The position numbers and the translations under genes were made by a program. The notes beneath the pieces are model-generated. The model worked only from the letters and a program-made list of their open reading frames with translations. It was not told the DNA's origin and ran no database searches. From assembly GCA_002753665.1 (NCBI GenBank), contig PEAP01000005.1, positions 10,159 to 74,158 of the forward strand: a stretch of DNA of 64,000 nucleotides. Reading direction: 5' to 3'. Shown piece after piece: positions 46,472-54,458 of the stretch. The DNA comes from Magnetococcales bacterium DC0425bin3. GTDB lineage: Bacteria > Pseudomonadota > Magnetococcia > Magnetococcales > DC0425bin3. Positions within the stretch are counted from its first letter, which is position 1, and each line of letters opens with the position of its first letter.

Positions 46472-48054
46472 TGCCCGCCCCCCCGGTCCTGGCGGACGAC
46501 CGGCAACGCGCCCGGGACGTGTTCACCCTGATCTACGTGGTGTTCGCTGCCGGGCTGTGTTCCATCATCTACGAGCTGCTGATCGCCACCACCGTGGTCT
46601 ATTTCATCGGCGACAGCGTCCGCTGGTTTTCCCTCACCATCGGGCTCTACATGGCCGCCATGGGCCTGGGCGCCTATGTCTCCAAGCTGGTTACCGGCAA
46701 CCTGATGCCGTGGCTGATCCTCACGGAAACCGCCCTGGGCCTGGCGGGGGGGCTGTGCGTGCCCCTGCTCTATCTGGCCCATGTCGATGGCGAGGCCTTT
46801 CTGCCGATGTATGGGGTCGTGACCCTGCTGGTGGGGGTCCTCATCGGTCTGGAGGTTCCCTTCCTGACCCGGATCCTGGAGCAGTACGACTCCCTGCGGG
46901 TCAGCATCGCCCATGTGCTGTCGCTGGACTATCTGGGTGCCCTGGTGGCCACCATCGCCTTTCCCCTGGCGCTGCTGCCCCTGTTCGGCATCTTCCGCAG
47001 CGGCCTGTATTTCGGGCTGGTCAACATGACCATCGGCCTGCTGCTGGTGTGGCGCTTCGGCGACCGCCTGGGGACCCGGGCGCGGCACTGGTTCCGGGGC
47101 GCCTCCGTGGCGATCGTCCTGGTCATCGTCGCCGGCCTGGTCAGCGCGGACTTTCTGCTGGCCCAGTGGAATCAGACGATTTACGGCGACCGCATCGTCC
47201 ATGCCGCCCGCTCCAAGTATCAGGAGTTGGTCCTGACCCGCTATCGCGACGATCTGCGTCTGTACCTCAACGGCAGCCTGCAGTTTTCGACCATCGACGA
47301 ATTCCGCTACCACGAGGCCCTGATCCATGTCCCCATGGCCTATCTGGGGGGGGGGCCGCAGCGCAAGGACTGGGACGTGCTGGTGCTGGGCGGCGGCGAT
47401 GGCCTGGCGGTGCGGGAACTGCTGCGCCATCCCACCATCGCCCGCATCACCCTGGTGGATCTGGACCCGGCGGTGCTGGATCTGGCCCGCAACAATCCCC
47501 ACCTGCGGGCCGCCAACCAGGACGCCCTGACCCGGGATGCCCGGGTGCGCGTCCTGGTGGGGGACGCCATGACCCATCTGACCCGCAGAGCCAGTCTCCA
47601 CGATCTGATCGTGGCGGATCTGCCCGATCCGGCCTCCACCGATACCGCCCATCTCTACACCACCGAGTTCTATCGCCTGGTGCGGGCCAACCTGGCTCCC
47701 GGCGGCCTGTTCGTCACCCAGGCGGCCAGCCCGTTCCATGCCCGGGAGGCGTTCTGGACCATCCACGCCACCCTGGGCCAGGTCTTCCCCGTCGCCCGGC
47801 CCTACCATCTGCTGGTGCCGTCCTTCGGCGATTGGGGCTTCGTGCTGGCCGGGAGGGAATCCCTGACGCCGGAGCCCGGGGCGCTGGCCGGCGCGTTGCC
47901 AGCGGGGCTGCGCTTCCTGAAGGCGCGGATGATCCCCTCCCTGTTCCTGTTCGGCGGCGATGTCGATGATCCCGGCGGCCTGTCGGTGAGTACCCTGGAC
48001 CGGCCGGTGGTGCTGGAGCGCTATCTGGCCGGCTGGCGGTATTGGGGGAATTGA
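46471..48054 (+). CDS. Membrane-anchored polyamine aminopropyltransferase (spermidine/spermine-synthase-like)
   Basis: 527 aa from GTG 46471. About 7 N-terminal TM helices are followed by an aminopropyltransferase domain (YHEALIHVP, VLVLGGGDGLAVRELL, DLIVADLPDP). Confidence 0.8.
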   Translation: MPAPPVLADDRQRARDVFTLIYVVFAAGLCSIIYELLIATTVVYFIGDSVRWFSLTIGLYMAAMGLGAYVSKLVTGNLMPWLILTETALGLAGGLCVPLLYLAHVDGEAFLPMYGVVTLLVGVLIGLEVPFLTRILEQYDSLRVSIAHVLSLDYLGALVATIAFPLALLPLFGIFRSGLYFGLVNMTIGLLLVWRFGDRLGTRARHWFRGASVAIVLVIVAGLVSADFLLAQWNQTIYGDRIVHAARSKYQELVLTRYRDDLRLYLNGSLQFSTIDEFRYHEALIHVPMAYLGGGPQRKDWDVLVLGGGDGLAVRELLRHPTIARITLVDLDPAVLDLARNNPHLRAANQDALTRDARVRVLVGDAMTHLTRRASLHDLIVADLPDPASTDTAHLYTTEFYRLVRANLAPGGLFVTQAASPFHAREAFWTIHATLGQVFPVARPYHLLVPSFGDWGFVLAGRESLTPEPGALAGALPAGLRFLKARMIPSLFLFGGDVDDPGGLSVSTLDRPVVLERYLAGWRYWGN

Positions 48055-48172
48055 CACCTTCCGGGAAACCGCCGCAGAATGCGGCAGGTTCTGTCATCGT
48101 CATGCTTCCTTGGTTTCCAACCCGGAATCATGCACCGTCAGGAGGCCGATGCCACACCTCGCTGAAACTCAA

Positions 48173-48203
48173 AAGAAAATTCTTATCCAAGTGCCATTGG
48201 ATG
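48173..48203 (+). repeat. Direct repeat copy 1 flanking the fic cassette
   Basis: AAGAAAATTCTTATCCAAGTGCCATTGGATG recurs at 49627-49658 with one substitution and one extra G. Confidence 0.8.
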
Positions 48204-48275
48204 TTGCCCCCAATGCGCTCCCTTCCTGCCCGGTGCCGCCGGCACTCTGAGGGCAGGCCCTGGACACATTTTAAT

Positions 48276-48328
48276 TCGGTATAATCCGGTCATTTTTCAG
48301 GCTGGACAATCCGGTATAATCCGGTATA
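48276..48328 (+). promoter_or_regulatory. Putative fic promoter/operator: reiterated ATCCGGTATA decamers containing TATAAT
   Basis: TTCGGTATAATCCGGT lies at 48276-48290. The tandem ATCCGGTATA-ATCCGGTATA lies at 48309-48328, ending 9 nt before the fic ATG. Each junction creates a TATAAT hexamer. Confidence 0.4.
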
Positions 48329-48337
48329 TTTGCGGGT

Positions 48338-49387
48338 ATGATTCACACCGATTCCATTCAGATCACGCCGGAATTGCTGGCTTTGATCGCCGAGATCGAC
48401 GAGTTCAAGGGCGCGTGGCGCGCCCTGGGAACCCTTGCGCCCGAGCGCCTGCGGGCGCTGCGCCACATCGCGACGATAGAAAGCATCGGCTCCTCCACCC
48501 GGATCGAAGGCAGCAAGCTGACCGACCGCGAGGTGGAGCAACTCCTGGGCAAGCTGGAAATCAAAAAATTCACCAGCCGCGACGGGCAGGAAGTCGCCGG
48601 TTATGCCGAGGCGATGGAGACGGTCTTCCATGCCTGGAAGGACATCCCCATCACCGAGAACCACCTCAAACAACTGCACCGCGACCTACTGCGCTACAGC
48701 GAGAAAGACGAGCGGCACCGAGGCGAATACAAGACCCTGCGCAACGATGTCGGCGCATTCGACGCCGCCGGGAAGATGATCGGCATCGTCTTCGAGACGG
48801 CCACGCCCTTCGACACGCCGCGCCGGATGCAAGAGCTTGTCGCCTGGCTGAGCGAGGCCCGCGAGTTGGGCCGGATTCACCCCTTGCTGATCGTCGCCGT
48901 CTTCACCGTCGTCTTCCTGGAAATCCACCCCTTCCAGGACGGCAACGGCCGTCTCAGCCGCATTCTCACCACGCTGCTGCTGTTACAGGCTGGCTATGCC
49001 TATGTGCCCTATTCGTCGCTTGAGAGCGTGATCGAGAACAGCAAGGAAGGCTATTATCTGGCCCTGCGCCAAACCCAGGGCACGATCCGCAGCGAAGCCC
49101 CGGACTGGCAGCCTTGGCTGATGTTCTTCCTGCGCGCCTTGCAGCAGCAAAAGCGCCGCTTGGCCGAGAAGGTAGAGCGCGAGAGGAAGGCGATTGCCGA
49201 CCTGCCGGAGCTGGCAATCAAGATTCTGGACTATGTCCGGGATCATGGCCGTGTTACGACCCGCGATATAGTGCGCGAACACGGCGCGAGCCCAAACACC
49301 CTGAAGGCCACTTTTACGTCCCTGGTTGATAAAGGGCTGCTGGCGCGCCACGGTGGCGGCAGGTCAACCTGGTATGGCCTGCCATGA
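48338..49387 (+). CDS. Fic family protein (class II, N-terminal inhibitory motif) with C-terminal winged-helix
   Basis: 349 aa. The Fic motif is HPFQDGNGRLSR. The upstream STRIEG fits the (S/T)xxxE(G/N) auto-inhibition motif. The C-terminus is wHTH-like (ILDYVRDHGRVTTRDIV). Confidence 0.9.
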   Translation: MIHTDSIQITPELLALIAEIDEFKGAWRALGTLAPERLRALRHIATIESIGSSTRIEGSKLTDREVEQLLGKLEIKKFTSRDGQEVAGYAEAMETVFHAWKDIPITENHLKQLHRDLLRYSEKDERHRGEYKTLRNDVGAFDAAGKMIGIVFETATPFDTPRRMQELVAWLSEARELGRIHPLLIVAVFTVVFLEIHPFQDGNGRLSRILTTLLLLQAGYAYVPYSSLESVIENSKEGYYLALRQTQGTIRSEAPDWQPWLMFFLRALQQQKRRLAEKVERERKAIADLPELAIKILDYVRDHGRVTTRDIVREHGASPNTLKATFTSLVDKGLLARHGGGRSTWYGLP

Positions 49388-49412
49388 GAGCGAGAAGAGG
49401 AAGCAACGCCCG

Positions 49413-49644
49413 ATGAATCTCATCAAGTCAAAAAAAGCGCGTCGCCGACCACGGGGAGGTCTTCACCCCCGCGTGGATGGTTGAGGCCATGCCTGCGCCG
49501 CCAGTTGGGTGATACCGAAGGGGGGCCTTCACCCCCGCGTGGATGGTTGAGGCCATGCTTGATCTGGTCAAGGGCGAAACCGAACGCATTGATTCCCGCT
49601 TTTTGGAGCCAGCCTGCGGCAGCGAGAAGAAAATTCTTATCTAA
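49413..49644 (+). pseudogene. Decayed 5' stub of an N6-adenine DNA methyltransferase (type II/IIG-like)
   Basis: It encodes ..VADHGEVFTPAWMVEAM.. and again ..FTPAWMVEAMLDLVKGETERIDSRFLEPACGS. The body is out of frame with the ATG at 49413, and removing one A from the A7 run would restore the frame. A 32-bp stretch is exactly duplicated (49461-49492 = 49527-49558). Homology stops inside SAM motif I (EPACGS) where direct repeat copy 2 begins. Confidence 0.7.
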
Positions 49645-49658
49645 GTGCCATTGGGATG
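49627..49658 (+). repeat. Direct repeat copy 2 flanking the fic cassette
   Basis: AAGAAAATTCTTATCTAAGTGCCATTGGGATG. It starts where the methylase homology breaks off and ends 7 nt before the ATG of the next operon. Confidence 0.8.
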
Positions 49659-49665
49659 CTGGACA

Positions 49666-50808
49666 ATGAGTCATTCAACAGCCTTGATGATCAGATATCT
49701 GCGCCGTGCCTTTGACGCAGCACGCCACGACCATGGTCAGAAGGTCGCCTATGCCTATATTGGAGAAATCATCCTCGCCAACCTGCTTGATGGGTTGGAG
49801 CAGGAACTCTTCGACAAGACATTCGCCAATGGCTTGATCCAGTGCTGGATGCGCAATTATGACCGGCAAAGGCAGGCGATCGGGAAGGCGGACGTCCCAT
49901 CCGGGACCCAATCCCTCTTCAAAGACCCGACGCCCTCTGAAATGCTCGCCGACAGTTTCGACCTGGTGTGCGGCATGCCCTCTCCCGACTGTCCTGAAGC
50001 CCCCCACAGGCAAAGGGGGTTCCGAATTCGGTGTACTCGTCCGCTTGATAATGCAACGGTGAAAGGGGATTATGTCAGCATCACCGGTGCCAAGGATTTC
50101 GTGGATGAAATAATGGATCCCGAAGAGAAGCGCAAGAAAATTGGCGAAAACTGGATCCCCACAATACTCAGTTCCGGGAATATCGACTGGGCAGGCTGGA
50201 GGCCACCCAAGAAAATCCCGGTGAAGCTCAAGAATGCCCCGACAGGAAACCCGACTTCCACCATCGGTAATCCAGCGAGAGTCTTGTGGATCACTCCAGA
50301 AGCAGGACTCACCTTGATGGATGGGGGAGGCCTCCCTCCACCCTCCACCGATGGAAGTCGCGGAGCGACTTCCACTCCCGCCCATCTGCTCCGGGATCGA
50401 TTGGGTCTCGTGCATCATTTCGAGAAACCGCTTCTCGCCATGACGCTGCCCGCCGCCACGGTACACGCCATGACTCACGGCCGTCCGACCTGCGCGGATG
50501 CCGGCAGCCAGCGCCGTCACATGGCCAGGGGAGCCGGCAAGTCCGCTCCCACCGACCCCTGGGGCAGAACGGCGGACCTGTCACGCATCACCCCCACAGC
50601 GGTGGATTTCGACGGATTGCCGGAACGAATCGTGGAACCGATCCCGGTCGGCGAACTCCCGGAGATCGAGGTCCAGCCACTGGGCTTCTGTGGCCCGGAA
50701 CGGGGTAACTCGCCGCAGGATGACAACCGGGTTTTCGCCGACCATTTATGCCGCCGGCATGGAGGGGTCGACGGCGTGGTGGATACCTTGGAAAGGGTAC
50801 TGGCGTGA
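49666..50808 (+). CDS. Hypothetical protein A of a three-gene operon (repeat copy read through in frame)
   Basis: 380 aa from ATG 49666. The AT-richer N-terminal ~215 aa and the GC-richer C-terminal ~140 aa are joined by repeat copy q (TLMDGGGLPPPSTDGSRGATST). No domain was recognised. Confidence 0.55.
   Translation: MSHSTALMIRYLRRAFDAARHDHGQKVAYAYIGEIILANLLDGLEQELFDKTFANGLIQCWMRNYDRQRQAIGKADVPSGTQSLFKDPTPSEMLADSFDLVCGMPSPDCPEAPHRQRGFRIRCTRPLDNATVKGDYVSITGAKDFVDEIMDPEEKRKKIGENWIPTILSSGNIDWAGWRPPKKIPVKLKNAPTGNPTSTIGNPARVLWITPEAGLTLMDGGGLPPPSTDGSRGATSTPAHLLRDRLGLVHHFEKPLLAMTLPAATVHAMTHGRPTCADAGSQRRHMARGAGKSAPTDPWGRTADLSRITPTAVDFDGLPERIVEPIPVGELPEIEVQPLGFCGPERGNSPQDDNRVFADHLCRRHGGVDGVVDTLERVLA
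50314..50375 (+). repeat. BPR copy q (complete, inside ORF A, in frame)
   Basis: TTGATGGATGGGGGAGGCCTCCCTCCACCCTCCACCGATGGAAGTCGCGGAGCGACTTCCAC. Confidence 0.9.
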
Positions 50809-51941
50809 GCAGTGATTCCCAAGAGAGCAGGGAACCATGGGAAGAGTCCGAAGAACATTGGGGGTTCGATACCGTGGACGCCGGGAACCGGCTTCCATCG
50901 GCGGAGGGTGGAGGGAGGCTTCCCCCATCCATCACAGTCAGTCCGGTCGTCCCCGAACGCCGACGGGCCGACTCCAATATTCCCGGCTTCGAACGATGGC
51001 TCCGTGATGGCCTGGAGGGGCACCTCCTGGACCATCTCACTCTGGAAGAAGCCTTTCCCGAACTGGCGCCCATCCTGAGCCGCAGCCACTCACTGTCCGC
51101 CACTCTGCAGGAACTCATCGATCGCCAGGACAGCGTCAGACGCAGCGATTTCAAACAGGCTCTGGCCAACCTGTTGGCATCCCTGGCCCCCCAGCCACGG
51201 AATATCCCCCTGTTCGAAACGATCCTCCAGATCGCGGTGGCGGTGAAAGCCCATGAGATCTTCCATCCCCTGGTGTTCCGTATTCGGGAAGGGTTCTGGG
51301 ACCGATGGACCACGGCGCAAGGCAATTCCCTGTTGACCGAGGCGATGCTGGCCGTCTCGCAATTGGCCGCGCCGCGCCCCGATGCCTTGGACTGCCTCAA
51401 CGGGTTGATCGATTCCGTCCCTTTCCAGCAGAAGCCTTACCCGCACACACTGATCGCCCTGGAATCCCTGTGTCGCTGTGAACCCAAGCGTTTTCCCCAA
51501 CACTTCGAACGGCTGCGGACCATGTTGGAGATCCAAATCCGCCAGTTCCAGCCTGCAGCCGAGCATCTGCGCTGGACCGCGGCCGCCCTGATCACCCTGG
51601 TGGGACCCGCTCGCTTTCTCGAAGATTTGATCAGCATCGTGGGGGGGGGAACTTTTCGCGGGGGCGATGACCAGGTTTTCTGGGTATTGAAAGCGGTCTT
51701 CTCTCCCCTGGACGATCTGCCCCCTCTTCTTCTCTGCCAGGAAGCGGATACCGAGGGCGAGTGGAAATTTTATCTTTCCGGCAACCCGACCGCGCTTGAT
51801 TTTTCAATTTCGAGTCACCTGGGTTGGAGTCGTTTGCTTGAGCTGTTCATACAACAGGGTTGGGTGCCCCAGATGGTGCTGCCGGAGGGAGCAAATGAGC
51901 AGGTCAACGACTTTTTTCGCATGAAGCCGATCGCCGCATGA
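50805..51941 (+). CDS. Hypothetical protein B of a three-gene operon (all-helical, repeat copy near the N-terminus)
   Basis: 378 aa from GTG 50805 (GTGA overlap with gene A). Repeat copy r is translated (DAGNRLPSAEGGGRLPPSIT). The remainder looks like helical repeats. No motif was recognised. Confidence 0.55.
   Translation: MSSDSQESREPWEESEEHWGFDTVDAGNRLPSAEGGGRLPPSITVSPVVPERRRADSNIPGFERWLRDGLEGHLLDHLTLEEAFPELAPILSRSHSLSATLQELIDRQDSVRRSDFKQALANLLASLAPQPRNIPLFETILQIAVAVKAHEIFHPLVFRIREGFWDRWTTAQGNSLLTEAMLAVSQLAAPRPDALDCLNGLIDSVPFQQKPYPHTLIALESLCRCEPKRFPQHFERLRTMLEIQIRQFQPAAEHLRWTAAALITLVGPARFLEDLISIVGGGTFRGGDDQVFWVLKAVFSPLDDLPPLLLCQEADTEGEWKFYLSGNPTALDFSISSHLGWSRLLELFIQQGWVPQMVLPEGANEQVNDFFRMKPIAA
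50870..50934 (-). repeat. BPR copy r (complete, inside ORF B, in frame)
   Basis: TACCGTGGACGCCGGGAACCGGCTTCCATCGGCGGAGGGTGGAGGGAGGCTTCCCCCATCCATCA. Confidence 0.9.
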
Positions 51942-51954
51942 ACATGCATATGCA

Positions 51955-54393
51955 ATGGGTAATGCCATGAATCCATCGGATCCCCCCTCTCGACTGGCTG
52001 ATCTGTTCGAGGCCGCGGTCCGACAGCGGCGCCTGATGGATGGCTGGATCGACGATCAGAAATTGACGGAAGAGGGCGGTCGGGTCTGGTATGCGGTCGA
52101 TGCCGATGTCGTGGCTCTTTTCACCAAGCCGACTGAGATCGCCGTTGGGAGGATCGACCGGGAAGGTTACGCGGTGGTGTTTCCTGGTGACGAAGCCGAT
52201 GAAGAGAACAAGGAGGCGACCATCGCCCTTGGCCATGCCCTGGCGCGCCATATATTCTCAATGTCGCGTGAGGTTCCATTGTTGGCACTGCCCCCGACCC
52301 GGACGGAGCTGCGCCGGATATATACCGCTGTTGTCCAGGAAGCCGAGGAAGAGAAATACAACGCCCAGAAGGATCTGGATGACCTCTTGAACATCCAGGC
52401 CGCACTCGGCAGGATTGTCGACCAGCAGCAGTGCAGACAATGGCTGGAAAGGAATGTTCCTGCCATCAGTCGCCTCTTGTTCGGATTGGGTACCACGGGA
52501 CAGCTATTGCGATTATCCCACCTGTTCCGCGAGAAGAGGTTGGCGAACATGAGCCAACTGGTCTCGACGCCCGGGCTGCCCGTCTCTCTCGCCAACGCTC
52601 TGCGGGGGCCAGTTGCCTCTGCCGATGTCATTGAGTTTTCCAAAGTCAAGGAAAAATGGCTCCACGGATTGGTCGATCAATACTGCGAACGGACAAAAAC
52701 AAAACCGAAGGATATGCCTCAACGGGTCTTGAATAACTTCATTAATGATGCCGAGCTGCTTGCCTGGATCCAGTGGATCAACCACCATCTGGCAGAAACC
52801 AGACAGCGCATGGTCCTGGTGACAGGTTCAGTCAACCTGTTTCACCTGACCCGTGGGACCGATCCCCATGGGATCTTTTCCGGGACGGGCAGGAGTTTTG
52901 CCGATCTTTACCTGCGTCACCCGAAGGCATTCCTGGCCGAGCCTTCGGTCCTGTTTCCCTCCCCTGATGCCGGGCGCCAGGGCGACGGCGACGCCCCGGT
53001 TCCCAAAAAGAAACGATTTTTCGATTGGCTGGAGACCTTGCTCTCCTATTCGAAGGGCTACAGGGAAGAGAGCAGCCGGACGCAGCTGGAAAGGAATGCC
53101 CAGGAGGCGTTGACAACCCAACCGGACCTGTTGCGGGATTTCGAAAAGGATTGGGCGGCCTATCGTTTTTCCGTTCTGCCCACCCACCAGATCAGCGACC
53201 CGGCGCTGAATGGCAATCAGGGCGTTCGCCTGCCAATCGATACCAGGCTTTTCGATCTGTTCAAGGCTTCCCAGGCAATCGATCAACTGCGGGATGGAAT
53301 TCGGTCACTGGTGAATAACCAGCTGGAACTGAACTGGAATGCCTGTTTCAATATCGCCACCTTGGCCGGTTATGGCCTGCTGTCCCAGAAGGGGAAAGAC
53401 GAGGAGATCCCCACCCGCAATCCACCCCCCATCTACTTCTCCAGCCTGCCCGAGGCCTCCCGGTTCATTACCGGACTCCCATTCTTCAAACGGTTGATCC
53501 AAGCCCGGGAGGAGAGACAGCCTCTGGACTCTGGAGATTTTGAGAAGGCCCTGGCCAGGCTCCGGGGCGAAGATCCTTCCGGTTACACATTCAGCTTGGG
53601 GTTTGCCCAACTGTATGCCATGGAAGGCGATTGGATCGTCTCCAACATTCAAGCCAAACGGGCCTTTCACATCGCCGAAAACAGTTCCCAGGAACTGATC
53701 TCCGGACGGGAAGCCGCCTATATGCGGGCGGTGGCCCGGCGTCATTCCGCGAAAGGCATGGAAGATCTGCTGCGGGTGCGGAACCACCTGGCAACGGCCC
53801 GGGAGCGGCTGGAGCGGGACCTTCGCCGTGCCAACCCCACCACCACCACGGACCTGCGCTTTCAGGCCGAAGAGTTGGCCGTGTCTGTCACGGCCCATCT
53901 CTTTCGGATGTTCTGCGGTCACAGTATTCCCTCCGAGCTGGAGGTACCACCGTCCCTCGTGGAAACCGAGAGCCTTCTGGAATCCTTGATCAATGCAATG
54001 AAGGAGAAGACATATGCCAGCGAGAACAACCTGGTGAAATTGCAGGTCGAACAGCATCTCCTGGTCAATCTGCTCATGGTCGCCCTGCTGCGCCACAGGC
54101 ATGATCCCGAATCCATCCATGGAAGTGATTATCTGCCCTGGTACCAGAAACTGAACCAGAATATCGATGCGAGCGGCTCCATCATTCGGACCACATTCTT
54201 TGTCAGTGTCATCCGCAGCACGGTTCGGTGGTTGGTCGGTGAGGATCGGAAAGATCGTAAGGAAGCGATGGGAGAACTGAATCGTCTGCTGACCGACATG
54301 GCCATCGACGATCGCACCCGGTCGATCTTTCCCTACGACAAGGCGCGCTATCGTTATTTGCGGGATCTGGTCAACGGGAAACCGGACCGGTGA
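51955..54393 (+). CDS. Hypothetical large protein C of a three-gene operon
   Basis: 812 aa, starting 13 nt after gene B. The N-terminal segments VWYAVDADVVALF and FINDAELLAWIQWI..RMVLVTGS are faintly PIN-like. The C-terminal half is helical and TPR-like. No confident family was assigned. Confidence 0.65.
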   Translation: MGNAMNPSDPPSRLADLFEAAVRQRRLMDGWIDDQKLTEEGGRVWYAVDADVVALFTKPTEIAVGRIDREGYAVVFPGDEADEENKEATIALGHALARHIFSMSREVPLLALPPTRTELRRIYTAVVQEAEEEKYNAQKDLDDLLNIQAALGRIVDQQQCRQWLERNVPAISRLLFGLGTTGQLLRLSHLFREKRLANMSQLVSTPGLPVSLANALRGPVASADVIEFSKVKEKWLHGLVDQYCERTKTKPKDMPQRVLNNFINDAELLAWIQWINHHLAETRQRMVLVTGSVNLFHLTRGTDPHGIFSGTGRSFADLYLRHPKAFLAEPSVLFPSPDAGRQGDGDAPVPKKKRFFDWLETLLSYSKGYREESSRTQLERNAQEALTTQPDLLRDFEKDWAAYRFSVLPTHQISDPALNGNQGVRLPIDTRLFDLFKASQAIDQLRDGIRSLVNNQLELNWNACFNIATLAGYGLLSQKGKDEEIPTRNPPPIYFSSLPEASRFITGLPFFKRLIQAREERQPLDSGDFEKALARLRGEDPSGYTFSLGFAQLYAMEGDWIVSNIQAKRAFHIAENSSQELISGREAAYMRAVARRHSAKGMEDLLRVRNHLATARERLERDLRRANPTTTTDLRFQAEELAVSVTAHLFRMFCGHSIPSELEVPPSLVETESLLESLINAMKEKTYASENNLVKLQVEQHLLVNLLMVALLRHRHDPESIHGSDYLPWYQKLNQNIDASGSIIRTTFFVSVIRSTVRWLVGEDRKDRKEAMGELNRLLTDMAIDDRTRSIFPYDKARYRYLRDLVNGKPDR

Positions 54394-54458
54394 ACCGCTG
54401 CCCTGCTTCCATGCCACCCGCAACTTGACGAACAGTTCCCACTATGGGATAACCTTGC

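Noticed and set aside
48069-48092. Possible intrinsic terminator after the spermidine-synthase-like gene (ACCGCCGCAGAATGCGGCAGGT)
   Set aside because: The stem is imperfect and no T-tract follows it, so the evidence is too weak to annotate.
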